A program made the translations under genes and the position numbers. From a virus (taxonomy: Duplodnaviria > Caudoviricetes): DNA of 53,499 bases. This document shows, piece by piece, positions 27,514 through 36,081 of this stretch (the stretch's first letter is position 1; every line of letters begins with the position of its first letter). The notes beneath the pieces are model-generated. The model was not told where the DNA came from and did no database searches. It worked only from the letters and a program-made list of their open reading frames with translations. Where the stretch lies: positions 1-53,499 of IMG/VR virus record IMGVR_UViG_3300001041_000004; one strand, 5' to 3'.

Positions 27514-28880
27514 TACACCTCATCCATTCTGCAAATATGCTTCGTGAACATGATGTTAATCGGATCACAATCACTGGCACCGTTGCGTTGATATTTTACC
27601 CAGAGTTGTTGATTACCATTGTTGAATCCATCCTTAGCTATTTTCTCATCGGACTTATTGGTGAGGAAGATGAGTTTACTAGCTAATTGAAGAATGCGGT
27701 ATGATCCACCGATGTTACTAGCATCCGGTGAATCAGTATCTAAGTCATTACGATTGGTTTGACAAGCAGAAAACACCGGTATCTTTAGAAGGCCGGCAAG
27801 GTCTTTTAGTCCTGATGTGAAGAATCCAAGGGCTTGATACTCTTGAGTTGACTTAAAATCTCCCTGATTTGAGGGGATTTTGATGTAGTCAAAGAAGAGT
27901 GCTTTAATCCCCATCTGCATAACGAATTTACGTGCTAAGGCTGTAACCTTTTCAATGGTGAAGTGCGGCATATAGATGTGGTAATAGTTACCCATACCTA
28001 AAGATTCACGTGCTACCTTTAGTTTAGCAATCTTATCTTCAGCCTTCCCATTGACAGTATCCAGCACATAGAGTCCTGAGATGATTTCTGAATGAGGTAT
28101 TCCAGTGAGGTTTGCAAGTATCCTGTCTTCCTGTTCACGTTCATTCATTTCTGTGTCAACATAAAGAATTGGCAATTGATCCTTAATGCCAATCTTCGTT
28201 CCCCAATTGGTGAGGACAATCGACTTACCAACCTTAGAGGGAGCACATACGATAATTAAATCACCATCGGATGCACCATTCGTTACACGGTCAAACTCTT
28301 CCCATCCAACTTCGAGTCCCGGTACTTGTGCAGGTGTCTCTGCTCTCTGTGCAAGTACCTCTTCCGTTTTGTTGCCCATTTTGTAGACTTCGTCGGTGGT
28401 TGTGGTGTTAACGGCAAGATCAGTAATCTTTGTGGTGACGAAGTTAATGAGTTCTGTAGGGTTGAGTACCTCTGCCCGATCCGATAAAACAAAATCACGT
28501 ACATTATCGGAAATTGACAGTAACATTCGTCGAGTATAACTTTGTTTAATCTTCTCAATAAAGATAGAAAGATTATCTGTAGGAATAATTGATTCCTCAA
28601 GAATGGTGAGATATTCTAACCCTCCTAACTCATCAACACTTTTTTTGGCTTGGTCATTGCTTAAAACTTCAAGGATTGCCATGGGTGTTGGTTTTATTTT
28701 TTTACCGTACAAATACATCATTGCCATAAAGATGAACTTGTGTCCCGGGATTCCAAAGTGTTCAGCGTAGATTTCATCGGCTTCTACGTCAATAATCTTA
28801 TCACTGTTCTTTAAACAGATCGAGATAACGTTTCTCTCGCTGCCCGGGTTAAAAACAAGGTCTTTTACATCATTAGCCAT
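27513..28880 (-). CDS. dnaB: Replicative DnaB-family helicase
   Basis: Walker A APSKVGKS, DTEM, FFDYI, CQTNR, KYQRNG; start placed at MANDVK. Confidence 0.93.
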   Translation of the reverse strand: MANDVKDLVFNPGSERNVISICLKNSDKIIDVEADEIYAEHFGIPGHKFIFMAMMYLYGKKIKPTPMAILEVLSNDQAKKSVDELGGLEYLTILEESIIPTDNLSIFIEKIKQSYTRRMLLSISDNVRDFVLSDRAEVLNPTELINFVTTKITDLAVNTTTTDEVYKMGNKTEEVLAQRAETPAQVPGLEVGWEEFDRVTNGASDGDLIIVCAPSKVGKSIVLTNWGTKIGIKDQLPILYVDTEMNEREQEDRILANLTGIPHSEIISGLYVLDTVNGKAEDKIAKLKVARESLGMGNYYHIYMPHFTIEKVTALARKFVMQMGIKALFFDYIKIPSNQGDFKSTQEYQALGFFTSGLKDLAGLLKIPVFSACQTNRNDLDTDSPDASNIGGSYRILQLASKLIFLTNKSDEKIAKDGFNNGNQQLWVKYQRNGASDCDPINIMFTKHICRMDEV

Positions 28881-29370
28881 AATATTGTACCTCTGCTTCT
28901 TTACGAGCTTGTAATGCACTTTCATATGATTCAAAACAACCTAATGAAATATCCTTATCATCAATATTAATGCGTGCTCTCCATTTTTTTAATTGTTTAG
29001 AGAAATTAACACCATATTGTTTTTTAGGATTTCTTCGGTTTTCTTTATGCGTACAAATTCGTAAATTATCATCGGTATTATCTAATTTATCATGGTTAAT
29101 GTGATCTACATCCATACCATCAGGTGCATTGGTAATTAGTCGATGTGAACGAATTTTACACTTTCCAATACGTCCAATGGCATAACCTTGAATTGTCAAA
29201 TTCCATGTCACATTAAGCAATTTATCTTTGTGAATTACACTTGCTTTCATGATACCTACACGTTGTCCATCTTTGTTTTTTAACTCGATGAACAAAATGT
29301 CACCACAGATGAACCACCTATTCTTTGTTGAATAGTTCATCAAATCGTTTTGAGTTTGGTTGAAGACCAA
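28873..29370 (-). CDS. HNH homing endonuclease with C-terminal AP2-like domain
   Basis: HR...VDHINHDKLDN...NLR...N; 'KWRARI...LGCF...A..AR..AE'; AT-rich insert between replication genes. Confidence 0.9.
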   Translation of the reverse strand: MVFNQTQNDLMNYSTKNRWFICGDILFIELKNKDGQRVGIMKASVIHKDKLLNVTWNLTIQGYAIGRIGKCKIRSHRLITNAPDGMDVDHINHDKLDNTDDNLRICTHKENRRNPKKQYGVNFSKQLKKWRARINIDDKDISLGCFESYESALQARKEAEVQYYG

Positions 29371-29779
29371 GTCTTGAACTTCGGTCTTGGTTACGTTTCT
29401 TGGATTCGTCGTTGTAGACCACCTCTTTTTGCTTCACTTCTGCAAATGAGGTTTCATGGTCTTTTCTGATTTGGTTTGCTCTTTGCCGAGTGCTTTCTTT
29501 GTTAATCTCCTTCAGTATGGAATTAATACAGACTGATACATAACCTAACGAGTACATTGGCACCTTCTTGATGTCAAGTACATAGTCTATGACACTTATG
29601 ACCTCTTCTTTGCTGTAACCGCTTAGAAGTACCTCCTTGGCTGTCAGAATGGATCGTGCAATAATTGATGGAGTTGCCCTACCATCTGTTCGCTTAATGA
29701 AGTGTAGGGCAATCTCCTTAGCATCAAGATTAACTGATTTCGATGACTTCATCTTTAGCCTCTGGTGTAGTGTCTTCAC
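29318..29779 (-). CDS. Putative replication initiator / helicase-loader-like (DnaD-like) protein
   Basis: Helical 'GYSKEEVISVIDY...SLGYV' pattern; lies between SSB and helicase; the likely start is downstream of the listed one. Confidence 0.4.
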   Translation of the reverse strand: MKTLHQRLKMKSSKSVNLDAKEIALHFIKRTDGRATPSIIARSILTAKEVLLSGYSKEEVISVIDYVLDIKKVPMYSLGYVSVCINSILKEINKESTRQRANQIRKDHETSFAEVKQKEVVYNDESKKRNQDRSSRLGLQPNSKRFDELFNKE

Positions 29780-30356
29780 GCTTCATAACGTCGTCCCATG
29801 TTTCACCTTGTACTAATCGTAGGATTTGATCAAAGGTGTGTGGTTTAAGGTATTCAGCAAGATCAACCTTACCTTTGATGAGTTCTACGTCTGTATTGTT
29901 AAGAGGTGATTCCACATCAAGATCAATGCGATACGTTGTATCATCCTTACCTGTACCACGACGACGTACTTTGAGATCTACATCAATGAGTTTTTTACCC
30001 TCACCACGTAAATCCATCATAATGTCACGTAAGTCTTGATAAAAGCCGGTTCCTTGTTCCATGACTTCTACCTTACCTGTTTCACGGTTAATGATTCCCA
30101 TGGCAAGACGTTTACCTACTTGGTAGGTGTAGGGTTGTGAGTTGAGTTTTTGCTGTGCTCGTACTTCACAAATGGCACACCCTTTACCCGGGCAATTGAC
30201 ACTTCTTTTCCATTGTGGTAACCAATGTACCCAACGGACATAGGGTTCTTCATCAATTACACGAATCTTGGTAATGCCTACGGGGAATTTGGTGAACTCT
30301 ACTTTGGTTCCAGAAGAACCATCTTTTGAATCAAAGTCCCAACCCATATTAAACAC
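29730..30356 (-). CDS. Single-stranded DNA-binding protein (gp32-like)
   Basis: IRVI, H, CP..CAIC zinc motif, 'DLKVRRRGTGKDDTTY', acidic tail; replication cluster. Confidence 0.7.
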   Translation of the reverse strand: MFNMGWDFDSKDGSSGTKVEFTKFPVGITKIRVIDEEPYVRWVHWLPQWKRSVNCPGKGCAICEVRAQQKLNSQPYTYQVGKRLAMGIINRETGKVEVMEQGTGFYQDLRDIMMDLRGEGKKLIDVDLKVRRRGTGKDDTTYRIDLDVESPLNNTDVELIKGKVDLAEYLKPHTFDQILRLVQGETWDDVMKREDTTPEAKDEVIEIS

Positions 30357-30633
30357 CTACCTTTCCGTAGGTGACAACAATGTGTTTTGGTTCCATACCA
30401 CTGATGTCAAGGAGTGTTGAGTCTTCACAATTTGTGCAGCACGTTTCGTCAAAGAGATTTGACGTATCTGCTTCCATCATTTCAAGATGTGCTTTCATGT
30501 TGGTGAGTTCACCTTTTTGCAAATAGGTGAAAAGGATAAGCTCATTAATTGAGGATTTTTCATTAAGCTTTGTGATGATCTTGTTAAGACAATCCGCATA
30601 CCCTTGGATGTAGTCATGTGTTAAGTTTGTCAT
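30349..30633 (-). CDS. Hypothetical protein
   Basis: GGAGG RBS; overlaps both neighbours. Confidence 0.6.
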   Translation of the reverse strand: MTNLTHDYIQGYADCLNKIITKLNEKSSINELILFTYLQKGELTNMKAHLEMMEADTSNLFDETCCTNCEDSTLLDISGMEPKHIVVTYGKVGV

Positions 30634-31141
30634 TAGTTACCTCCCAAAATAGTTTCTTGTAATTCACAACATCTAATCCATCAAGGATTCGATACTGTGG
30701 CTTCAATAACCTTTGGGATATTTTGGGATGATTTGGATTACCCACATAGGTTTGTACGGTGAATGGTTCAGTTTCTCTGTACTGTAACCTCTCTAACTCT
30801 TCAAGAGTTTTAAAATGAATGGGTGTTACGTTAACGTTGATTCTGTGATGAAGATCACACATATGGTTGCGAAGCATATTACTCATTGAACATGCATAAT
30901 AAGCATCCAATATACGTGAATAGAAATCAAAATCAGCACATTGGAATAACGCACCGTAAACAACAGAATTACCCCATGTCTTGCCGGGGTATTTGCACAT
31001 CAGGAAAACTGACTTGTTTTGATAATGGTGGTATAGATTACCTTTAACTATCCCAAAAGCGACGAATTGGATTGGTAATTGCATCGAGGAAATCAGAGTT
31101 GGGTCTAGGAGTTCATTCGTCAGAAACAGCAAGTTGTTCAT
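30614..31141 (-). CDS. Gamma-glutamylcyclotransferase (GGCT/AIG2)-like fold protein
   Basis: 'VVYGALF', 'ILDAYY', 'HHRINVNV', 'QTYV' follow GGCT-family spacing; the usual catalytic Glu is not seen. Confidence 0.5.
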   Translation of the reverse strand: MNNLLFLTNELLDPTLISSMQLPIQFVAFGIVKGNLYHHYQNKSVFLMCKYPGKTWGNSVVYGALFQCADFDFYSRILDAYYACSMSNMLRNHMCDLHHRINVNVTPIHFKTLEELERLQYRETEPFTVQTYVGNPNHPKISQRLLKPQYRILDGLDVVNYKKLFWEVTNDKLNT

Positions 31142-31304
31142 TAGTACCTTCTTCTAACTTTTCTAAGTTTCGAGTGGCACGTTTGATGATGACTAGTTTT
31201 GCTTTCATCTTGGCAATCTCTGCTTCCTTTACTTTAATCTCAGCATCGAGTACATCCCACTGTTGAGTGAGGGTTATGATTTGGTCTTGAAACATTGTTT
31301 TCAC
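31113..31304 (-). CDS. Small coiled-coil hypothetical protein
   Basis: AGGAGGTG RBS; heptad pattern. Confidence 0.6.
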   Translation of the reverse strand: MKTMFQDQIITLTQQWDVLDAEIKVKEAEIAKMKAKLVIIKRATRNLEKLEEGTNEQLAVSDE

Positions 31305-31320
31305 CTCCTAAAGTTTTTGC

Positions 31321-31463
31321 TGATGTGGGTAAGGATTTACACCTTACATAGTAGCTATCACTTTACCGTCACAACGTCTTATCAAATGATAATCGTGGAT
31401 TTGAACCACAATGGCTACCTACTATATGTTGCACCTAGCGTCTACTTATTCCGCCACCACATC
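31321..31463 (-). ncRNA. tRNA-like RNA (143 nt) with the anticodon/variable region replaced by a larger domain
   Basis: Perfect acceptor stem GATGTGG/CCACATC plus discriminator A; class II D-arm GCGG-AATAAGTAG-ACGC; T-arm GTAAGG-TGTAAAT-CCTTAC; second T-loop hairpin GTGG-TTCAAAT-CCAC inside. Confidence 0.7.
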
Positions 31464-31496
31464 GTAAAGAGATAAAAAAACAAAGAATTCTTTAAA

Positions 31497-31703
31497 TCAA
31501 AGAATCCTCAGTCGTCGTGAGTAAATACCTGAAAGTTGTAAATACTTCCAAGTGGTTGCATACGAAAGGTGTAATTCTTCAGCAATTTGTTTTGTTGGTA
31601 AATGGTCGTCAACATACATTCTGCGTAGTAATTCTTCAATCTTTTCGTTATGTTTTACTTCAAGATGTTGAATTAAAACGGATTTATTTGGTATTGTTTT
31701 CAC
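31497..31703 (-). CDS. Small helix-turn-helix DNA-binding protein
   Basis: 'LRRMYVDDHLPTKQIAEELHLSYATTWKYLQLSGI' HTH pattern. Confidence 0.75.
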   Translation of the reverse strand: MKTIPNKSVLIQHLEVKHNEKIEELLRRMYVDDHLPTKQIAEELHLSYATTWKYLQLSGIYSRRLRIL

Positions 31704-31717
31704 AGTATACCATACCG

Positions 31718-32827
31718 TTAAGAGTTTGCAATAGAATCCATGATACGTTTTCTGTAAGCATCATCATAAATTTCTCGATTTACAATTCGTAATTTACGAT
31801 TAATGATTTTGAAGTCAAGTATCCCTTCATTAATTCCTTCAATAATTGATTCCTCATCACCATTGTTGAACATATATCCTGTTACTGTAACACTTGGTGA
31901 ATCAACAAGTAGTATTTGTCTCTCTTTAAGACGTAACGAGTTACCGTTATCAAACCTTACATAAACAATAGCATCACCTTTGCTTTTAAGTGTTTTCCAT
32001 CGAGTTAAGTTTAAATTACTCGTTCCCAATTGATAAACATAACCGGCAGTTCCCTTTGCCGTTTCGTTAAGGTCTTTAAAAATACTTGATTCTGGGTCAA
32101 GGCAAACACGCATTCCAATAAGTATTGGCATTGCGTATCGATCATCTTGTGTAAATGGTATTGGTGATTTGATAATATCCTCTCCTTTCTCGATGATATT
32201 TAACATTCCCTTTCGGTAGATGTTATTGTGTCCATTACTCCACCTTACCCTAACCCATCCTTCTGTTTCAATTTCTGTGACGGTTCCATTATCACCCTTG
32301 TGTTGGTATTTGAATTGATTATAATCTTTATGATTTCGGTTTGGTGATACTTTATCACCTACATTAAAATCATCAAATGATTCCATAGGTAATTCTTCCT
32401 TTCTAAATTTCTCAATAGCATCTTTAAGATTTTCATGGGTGAAGGCACCTGTTTGATGGTTGTTAAATAATGGTACTTCAGCACATGGATTTGGTGCAAA
32501 AATCCAATCGTTATTTGGATTTTTTATATACAAACCCATGTCTTCTTCTAGTTTTTCGAATTGTTCACGTGTTTGTACATTTGGTCCAACACCGGATGTC
32601 ATGGGTATATGATTACGTCCTGCATGTATTACTTCCAACGCATCACATTTGTAATTACGTGAATCATCACCATCATCCCAACACACTTTAACCCACTCAT
32701 CAGGCCCTAAATTTATTGGATATTGTTCAATTACCGTACCCTGTTGATTTGTTTGTGATGGTTCATTATAAAGACCACGCATTGGATGGTCTTGTTTAAA
32801 CCTTACACGTGTACCGATAGTTAGCAT
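31718..32827 (-). CDS. Protein with three SH3-like (MIB/HERC2-like) repeats
   Basis: Three copies of G(T/D/M)(R/K)V...G(T/Y)V...(W/Y)V.V.(W/F)..G; starts 1 nt after the E1 stop. Confidence 0.6.
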   Translation of the reverse strand: MLTIGTRVRFKQDHPMRGLYNEPSQTNQQGTVIEQYPINLGPDEWVKVCWDDGDDSRNYKCDALEVIHAGRNHIPMTSGVGPNVQTREQFEKLEEDMGLYIKNPNNDWIFAPNPCAEVPLFNNHQTGAFTHENLKDAIEKFRKEELPMESFDDFNVGDKVSPNRNHKDYNQFKYQHKGDNGTVTEIETEGWVRVRWSNGHNNIYRKGMLNIIEKGEDIIKSPIPFTQDDRYAMPILIGMRVCLDPESSIFKDLNETAKGTAGYVYQLGTSNLNLTRWKTLKSKGDAIVYVRFDNGNSLRLKERQILLVDSPSVTVTGYMFNNGDEESIIEGINEGILDFKIINRKLRIVNREIYDDAYRKRIMDSIANS

Positions 32828-32828
32828 T

Positions 32829-33500
32829 TTACCACCTCTGTGTAATTAAATTGTTGAACTTGAAATCAATGAGGATTTCGTTATCCAATTCCACTTTGTT
32901 GTGGAAATTGATGAGTTGGCGTACACACCAAGAGACAACACCAAAAGATGATGAGATGACACTGAGTGATGTTCCACAGGCACTCACCTCAGTACCTTCA
33001 TCCGAGTAATAGGTTTTCTCATATTCTCTGATGTGAGTTAAGTCCATCGGGTCAACGTTATACACTCGTCCCACATCAAGTCCAAGTCTTGGTTCAATAA
33101 GGTGTTTGACAGCTGATTTCATTTTAATGCTGCCTTCCCAAATACGTTTGCGTTCAGCCATACTGTCCACCATGAGAAAGACAATACCTGATAATTTCTC
33201 ATCAACATAAGCTTCATCTTTAATTCTAATGCGTGTTCCTGTTGCTCTGAGTACTTCTTCTGCAATTGCATGTGCCTTTGTTTCGTTGATATTTAATAAT
33301 GCAAATGCTTGATTTGGGATGTTGTGTTCCTCCACGGTATCAAAGTCCCACACAGTAATATCCGTAATGCCAAGTTTGGCTAAGGCCAATGCTAACCATG
33401 AGCCAGTACTACCAGCACCAATGATCGTTACTGGATGCTTAAAATCATGGGGTTCAAATAAATCTTGATGGCGTGAGATGTTTAGGTTGTGTTGTGCCAT
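32829..33500 (-). CDS. ThiF/E1-like adenylyltransferase (ubiquitin-like activating enzyme)
   Basis: N-terminal SRHQD arginine, IIGAGSTGS, DFDTVEEHNIPNQ, VDSMAER, candidate catalytic Cys in SACG; no Zn-binding CxxC pairs. Confidence 0.92.
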   Translation of the reverse strand: MAQHNLNISRHQDLFEPHDFKHPVTIIGAGSTGSWLALALAKLGITDITVWDFDTVEEHNIPNQAFALLNINETKAHAIAEEVLRATGTRIRIKDEAYVDEKLSGIVFLMVDSMAERKRIWEGSIKMKSAVKHLIEPRLGLDVGRVYNVDPMDLTHIREYEKTYYSDEGTEVSACGTSLSVISSSFGVVSWCVRQLINFHNKVELDNEILIDFKFNNLITQRW

Positions 33501-33512
33501 AATGTATTCCTC

Positions 33513-34574
33513 CTATTTCATTTCTTTTCCTGAGTAAATTGCAAACAGATAACGTTTGCCAAAATCCCATACTAATCCAAGATCACGTTGGTTGAAGTAG
33601 TTGTAATAACCAAATCCAACCAATGTTCTTTCTACCTCAATTAGTGTAGTACATTCACCTATTTCAAGCAAGATGTCTTGATCAAGGATTTCTACAATGG
33701 ATTGATCATCTGTGAAGATGTTGCCAAAACTACTGTCACCTTTTCTTCTTTGATTGATTTTTGTTTCGGCATCCTTTCTTAGTTTCCATGCTTTTTCATC
33801 CAGTTCATCCCACGATTTATTAGGTTTAATAGTCTGTGTAACCGTAGTCGAGGTCGTCCCAGATTGCTTGTTGTGCTGATGGTTTCCAACGTTGGTTCCT
33901 TTGGTTAAGGTTTTGGGGATGGTTGTAAGTGGTAATTGTTGTTTTTTTTTTACCTTTAACAACAGCTCTGTTTTGATGGCTGTTTCATAGTGAGCTAACC
34001 GATTCTTTTGATAGGTTTCCAATTGAAGTTCAAGATCAAAGATAGCTTGTGTAATCTTTTCCTCATCAGGCGAGATAACTTCATCCCATGGTAAGTCAGA
34101 CCAAATGATTCCATGTTCATAATCATAGAGATCAACACGTAATGAACCACTTTTGTTGGCAATGATACGGACAAACCAATCATGTCCAGTGGTTGCAAAA
34201 AATTCCATTTGGTTATCGTCTTGACCACTTGGGCCGGTGGGCATGTTAACGTGGCTATGTCCCCATACCTTTAGGTTATTCCAAATCTCCATACCATTTG
34301 GATTGGCTAGAATTGCTTCACCAAAAGTACTGAGTCCTTCGGGTGTTATCTCTGTGGTTGTGGAGTGAACTTCTTGATCAAACAAGTACATATCAACGAT
34401 CTTAATAACGTTACCTTGTTTATAGGCAGTACCTAACCAACCGACTTCATCGGTGGAGTTGGCAACATAGAGTTGCATTTTATCAACCGCATCAGCATTG
34501 ATCATGATTTCAGGCATACATCGTTCCAAAACCTTCACAGTCGCTTTCGTTTTAGATTCTTTAAAATAAGCCAT
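33513..34574 (-). CDS. JAB/MPN+ (JAMM) metallopeptidase with long C-terminal extension
   Basis: DEVGW...WGHSHVNMPTGPSGQD matches the E...HxH-x7-S-x2-D JAMM motif. Confidence 0.88.
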   Translation of the reverse strand: MAYFKESKTKATVKVLERCMPEIMINADAVDKMQLYVANSTDEVGWLGTAYKQGNVIKIVDMYLFDQEVHSTTTEITPEGLSTFGEAILANPNGMEIWNNLKVWGHSHVNMPTGPSGQDDNQMEFFATTGHDWFVRIIANKSGSLRVDLYDYEHGIIWSDLPWDEVISPDEEKITQAIFDLELQLETYQKNRLAHYETAIKTELLLKVKKKQQLPLTTIPKTLTKGTNVGNHQHNKQSGTTSTTVTQTIKPNKSWDELDEKAWKLRKDAETKINQRRKGDSSFGNIFTDDQSIVEILDQDILLEIGECTTLIEVERTLVGFGYYNYFNQRDLGLVWDFGKRYLFAIYSGKEMK

Positions 34575-34585
34575 TACTTTCCCTC

Positions 34586-35911
34586 CTAATCTTTGTAAAC
34601 ATCTTTGATGTATTCTTCAATATCATCATCCCAATGATATGCATCATCCCTACAATTTTGGCAAACACTGTGTTCACCTTGTAAGTCATCGTTTTCATCA
34701 ATATAATTGAAGACAGTATACAAATTTTCAACAGATTCACTACAATCGTCACACGTGTATAATTGTATTTGATCCTTTGGAATTGGGATGTTGTTTTCAT
34801 CCACTTCATCCCAACGAATAACGTTTTCTCCGGCAGAGTCGTCCGTATTAGCTGATTCTAAGAAGTCAATACCAATGAGTGCCAAGGCATAGATTTGCAT
34901 TTGACTCGATAATTCGGCAATGGTTGATGAGACATTGCCAAGGCAAGCATGACCATCGCTTCCATTAACATGTGGGTGGGGATCGTTATGTGTCCAAAGT
35001 CCACGACGTGTGTTGTTGCCAAAGAAACGAATGTCTGATTGATCTGGGTCAAGTTCAAATCGATACTCACCACCGTAATAACGTTTACCTTTGGTAGATG
35101 TTATTATTAGTGGATAGGTATAGACAATGAATTTACCGCTCTTGATCTTGAGGTCTTTGACTTTTGGATGATTGATAATTAAGTCCAAATCTTGAATAAG
35201 TCCAAGAGAAACATTCTTCAGATTTTCAGTTTCTACTTGAACAAATCGTCGCTTGACACCGATTGAGTCAGAATTTGTCTTAATGGAACGTGCATAATCA
35301 CGAATTTGATTTTCAAGAGTTTGAATTGCTTCCTTAGCTTGTCTCAATTCTCGTTCCTTTTGTTCCTCTAATTTTTTAGTAAACGAACGAGTAAGAGCAT
35401 CTTTATCAGATGTGAACTTCCATGAATCTTGGAGTGATTTTACATACCAAACTTGTTCATTCCACTTCTGCATAATGTGGGTGAACGCATCAATGGATTG
35501 TTGGTTGTACTCTTTGAAGATGTTAAAAAGGATGTTGAGTTCATGAGTTTTTTCACTCCATTCAGCAATTGGTAACCCACCTTCAGAAGTTATGATGAGG
35601 GTATCTTTATTGATGGGTTCTATGAACCGAGTGAATCCAAAGTATTCATCATCTTCTACATTATTAACAACCATCGGTGCTTCACCAGTAAATGTGGCAT
35701 TAGCAAAGATACAGACTCGACGTCCTATTGATCCTGCACCATTGTTATGGACTTCTTCCCTCAGATTATAAAGATCAACGTCTTGAATGTTGAGTTCTGC
35801 AACTTGATTGCGTATGATTTGTGGAAGTTCATTTCTGAATTGATTGTGTTCACCTCGGTTGGCACCTAAAAACGTTTTGTAATCATGGATGCTGATTGTG
35901 TTTATTGGCAT
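34586..35911 (-). CDS. Multidomain prokaryotic E2-like (Ubl-conjugating) protein
   Basis: 'PHPHVNGSDGHACLGN' parallels the UBC HPN...ICL active site; central coiled coil; C-terminal CxxC...CxxC and acidic tail. Confidence 0.75.
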   Translation of the reverse strand: MPINTISIHDYKTFLGANRGEHNQFRNELPQIIRNQVAELNIQDVDLYNLREEVHNNGAGSIGRRVCIFANATFTGEAPMVVNNVEDDEYFGFTRFIEPINKDTLIITSEGGLPIAEWSEKTHELNILFNIFKEYNQQSIDAFTHIMQKWNEQVWYVKSLQDSWKFTSDKDALTRSFTKKLEEQKERELRQAKEAIQTLENQIRDYARSIKTNSDSIGVKRRFVQVETENLKNVSLGLIQDLDLIINHPKVKDLKIKSGKFIVYTYPLIITSTKGKRYYGGEYRFELDPDQSDIRFFGNNTRRGLWTHNDPHPHVNGSDGHACLGNVSSTIAELSSQMQIYALALIGIDFLESANTDDSAGENVIRWDEVDENNIPIPKDQIQLYTCDDCSESVENLYTVFNYIDENDDLQGEHSVCQNCRDDAYHWDDDIEEYIKDVYKD

Positions 35912-36081
35912 TGTATTGCCTCCTTAGTTTAGTTTGGTGTAGGTTTATGCTCTACGTGATGCACACTTACTTCATCAAAGTTACCACGTCTAGTAACTCA
36001 GCTTTTCTTTGTGCATCACGTAAAGCACACCTCATAAGTGTGCTTTACATTTAGTATATTATTAAGAATGATTATTAAATA

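Noticed and set aside
31321-31463. Canonical tRNA-Leu/Ser or tmRNA
   Set aside because: No anticodon stem-loop, a 6-bp T-stem and a variant T-loop; no G3-U70 pair and too short for tmRNA. Kept as a tRNA-like ncRNA
32829-33500. ThiF/MoeB for thiamine or molybdopterin synthesis
   Set aside because: No pathway genes nearby, no Zn-binding CxxC pairs, and the neighbours are E2 and JAB; the Ubl lacks a terminal GG
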